In this document: piece after piece, positions 61,582-64,000 of the stretch
How the letters are laid out: every line of letters begins with the position of its first letter
Position numbering within the stretch: the first letter of the stretch is position 1
Source: Macrostomum hystrix
Taxonomy: Eukaryota > Animalia > Platyhelminthes
Direction: 5' to 3'
DNA length: 64,000 bases
Assembly (NCBI GenBank): GCA_950097015.1
Contig: CATNEN010000038.1
Coordinates: 22,940,001-23,004,000 of the forward strand
Made by a program: the position numbers and the translations under genes
The notes under the pieces: model-generated
The model's database searches: none
Told to the model about the DNA's origin: nothing
Seen by the model: only the letters and a program-made list of their open reading frames with translations

Positions 61582-63487
61582 GCGAGTCCTTAAAAATCGA
61601 TCGTAGTTGCCAATAAACATAGACGTCACTTAAACTTTAATGCGGATTTAAAATAACTAATACTATTAAAAAGATATAATCGAAATTACAATAAGCCCAT
61701 GCAGTTTGTTAAAAAAAGTACAGCTTAGTAACAAAGCTGGTTCTAATGCACGGAGAATTGGAAATTTCTAGCCCAACTTAAGCTGGTTACAGCTTCAATT
61801 GCAATTGAGTGTCTTGCTCGGGACAAATTGTCTCCCCACTACTGACTACCAATCTCTTCGTGAGAAGCCCAAAGCTATTATTAAGACTGGGCTATGCAAG
61901 TTTGTTATAATGTTACGCGTTTTTTTTTTTTTTGTTTTTACTGCTAGCGCGCAAAACAATTAAATTCCATGGTTGAAGCAAAGTTTGCCAAGTTTATGTT
62001 GAGACTTAGTTTTACGTAGAACACCAAACGACGCTTATAAAAGTAAATAAAAATGAAACAAAAAGTATCCGGTATTTGCGATGTAAACTTATTTGACAAT
62101 GATTACAAAATCGGAACTTACATTTTCATTTTGTCTTGACCTGCTCGAAGACGTATGTACATTAGATACTGTACGAACTGTACGAACGTACGAACGTAGC
62201 GTTCAAACGAACTGTACGAACACTACCACTGGCACTATTAATTTGAGTTACCTACAGTTCCCAGAATAAGTTTGTTTCAAAATGTTAACAAAACCTTTCG
62301 TTTTCAGAATAACCGCATTCAAATTAGCATTGCTTAAATTGGGTAGACCCTAACACAAAATATGTTACACGTGTGCCAATCGGCCTTGACTTCCTCACCG
62401 TCTGGCAGTAAGAATGAATATTTATATTTTTATTTAGTAGCGATTATTGCAACCTTCCATAACATCTTCTTTACCAGGCCATTTTTTACCACTAAATTTT
62501 CTACTTTACTCAAACGCGATTAGTAAACAAGAATGCTTTTGCGGCTGTTGCTTGGCTGTGCTCTAATGCATACGAGCAGCAGCAGCTCGTATCATATCAT
62601 CTTAAGTTGCGCTATTTTTAGAAAATACGTATTTGTACGAGTATAGTTTGTATATTTTATCACGTCTTTTCCAAGGCTGTTCCGCGGGTTTGCATTGGAA
62701 TTGCCACGGAGAATCACTTTGTAATATACTCGTATTTTAACAAATATATAAGAAAGTAGTGCCAGGTAGGTTTAACCTAAATAGTTTGAATAAAAACATA
62801 ATTACTTCCAATTTTTAATTTGTTTTTCTATGCTTTAGCTAATTGTAAGATTTAAAGCTCTACTGTTCGTTTCTGGCCAAAGAAAAAATATTGTAACTTC
62901 AACAACGTAGAAAGTTAGAAAACCTTAAAATATCCCAATATTGATTCCATGACAAAACAAGCTAACGGCTTTTCAATTGAACTGCATCGACATTGAGGAC
63001 TCGTCTATTGCTGCAGATCAACAAACTGAAATGTAAGTCGTGTTACTTCAGTTTACTCAGTTTTTTTCAGTCTTCGAAAATGAAATACTCGTAATGGTGT
63101 TTAAATCGTGCCATTGGGAGCATCTGAGCCTTTGCCAAATGGCGAGAGAGACGAAATTCCCTTTCTAGCTCGTATTAATCATATAATACTCGTACAATAG
63201 CAGTATACAAAATTACTATAATATTTAATAACTTCATAATAATTGGTATTTCATTATAGCGTAGAATGTAGCTAAAAGGTATCGGTAAAATTAAAATTAA
63301 AATGGTCTAGCAATGGTGACAAGCCGGAACTAGGACACCAGAGATGGATGCATTTTAGGCCGTTTTGATCGTGAAATACACGACTCAGTCATCAGTCATC
63401 AGTCGTGTTTTCACAAAGCGTTTGGCTTGGACCAGCGAGGCGTGATAAATATTCTGGTTGGTCCTTTTGTTGGTGCTTCACCGCGTC

Positions 63488-63884
63488 CGTCTGTTGCAGC
63501 TTTCTGTTCAGTAGCTGTTGCAGCTTTCTGTTCAGTAGCTGTTGCAGCTTTCTGTTCAGTAGCTGTTGCAGCTGTCTGTTCAGTAGCTGTTGCAGCTGTC
63601 TGTTCAGTAGCTGTTGCAGCTGTCTGTTCAGTAGCTGTTGCAGCTGTCTGTTCAGTAGCTGTTGCAGCTGTCTGTTCAGTAGCTGTTGCAGCTGTCTGTT
63701 CAGTAGCTGTTGCAGCTGTCTGTTCAGTAGCTGTTGCAGCTGTCTGTTCAGTAGCTGTTGCAGCTGTCTGTTCAGTAGCTGTTGCAGCTGTCTGTTCAGT
63801 AGCTGTTACAGCTGTCTGTTCAGTAGCTGTTGCAGCTGTCTGTTCAGTAGCTGTTGCAGCTGTCTGTTCAGTAGCTGTTGCAGC
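63488..63884. repeat. 24-bp minisatellite (GCTGTCTGTTCAGTAGCTGTTGCA), possibly within a minus-strand exon
   Basis: About 16 units. Confidence 0.93.
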
Positions 63885-64000
63885 GTAGTTAACGTATCGG
63901 CATCGAATTCAACAGCTTGGCTGGGTTCCGACACGAACAACTGAAATGCCACCGAAGCCGTCGAGTTTTTTGGGTGAATCTGAAAGCAAGCATGTGGACG

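Noticed and set aside
1270-63884. CRISPR arrays
   Set aside because: Repeats are head-to-tail with no unique spacers, there are no cas genes and the context is eukaryotic

Overview
Eukaryotic, intron-containing animal DNA with roughly a third of the window in 11-44 bp minisatellites. The overall style suggests a free-living flatworm such as Macrostomum; this is an inference. Splice-phase-checked gene models: TTC4 (3' part), PTPMT1 and PIGZ in a tight + strand cluster; a 128-aa orphan two-exon gene; a synaptotagmin-like tandem-C2 gene with no visible TM segment; a 7-EC protocadherin (- strand, 8 coding exons); a divergent peroxiredoxin-fold exon; and a 4-finger C2H2/polyQ gene. Mobile DNA comprises seven copies of a tRNA-headed SINE, other tRNA-derived fragments and one TIR/hairpin element. 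Two best leads: (1) PTPMT1 and PIGZ both begin at a phase-0 splice acceptor with no initiator ATG, as expected for an operon resolved by spliced-leader trans-splicing in which the leader's terminal AUG supplies the start codon. (2) A peroxiredoxin-fold exon lacking both catalytic Cys and the catalytic Arg may be joined by a GC-AG intron to a disordered exon with RVxF and SILK PP1-docking motifs. Most long ORFs in the supplied track are minisatellite artefacts. All homology calls are by eye from recalled family motifs; no searches were run.
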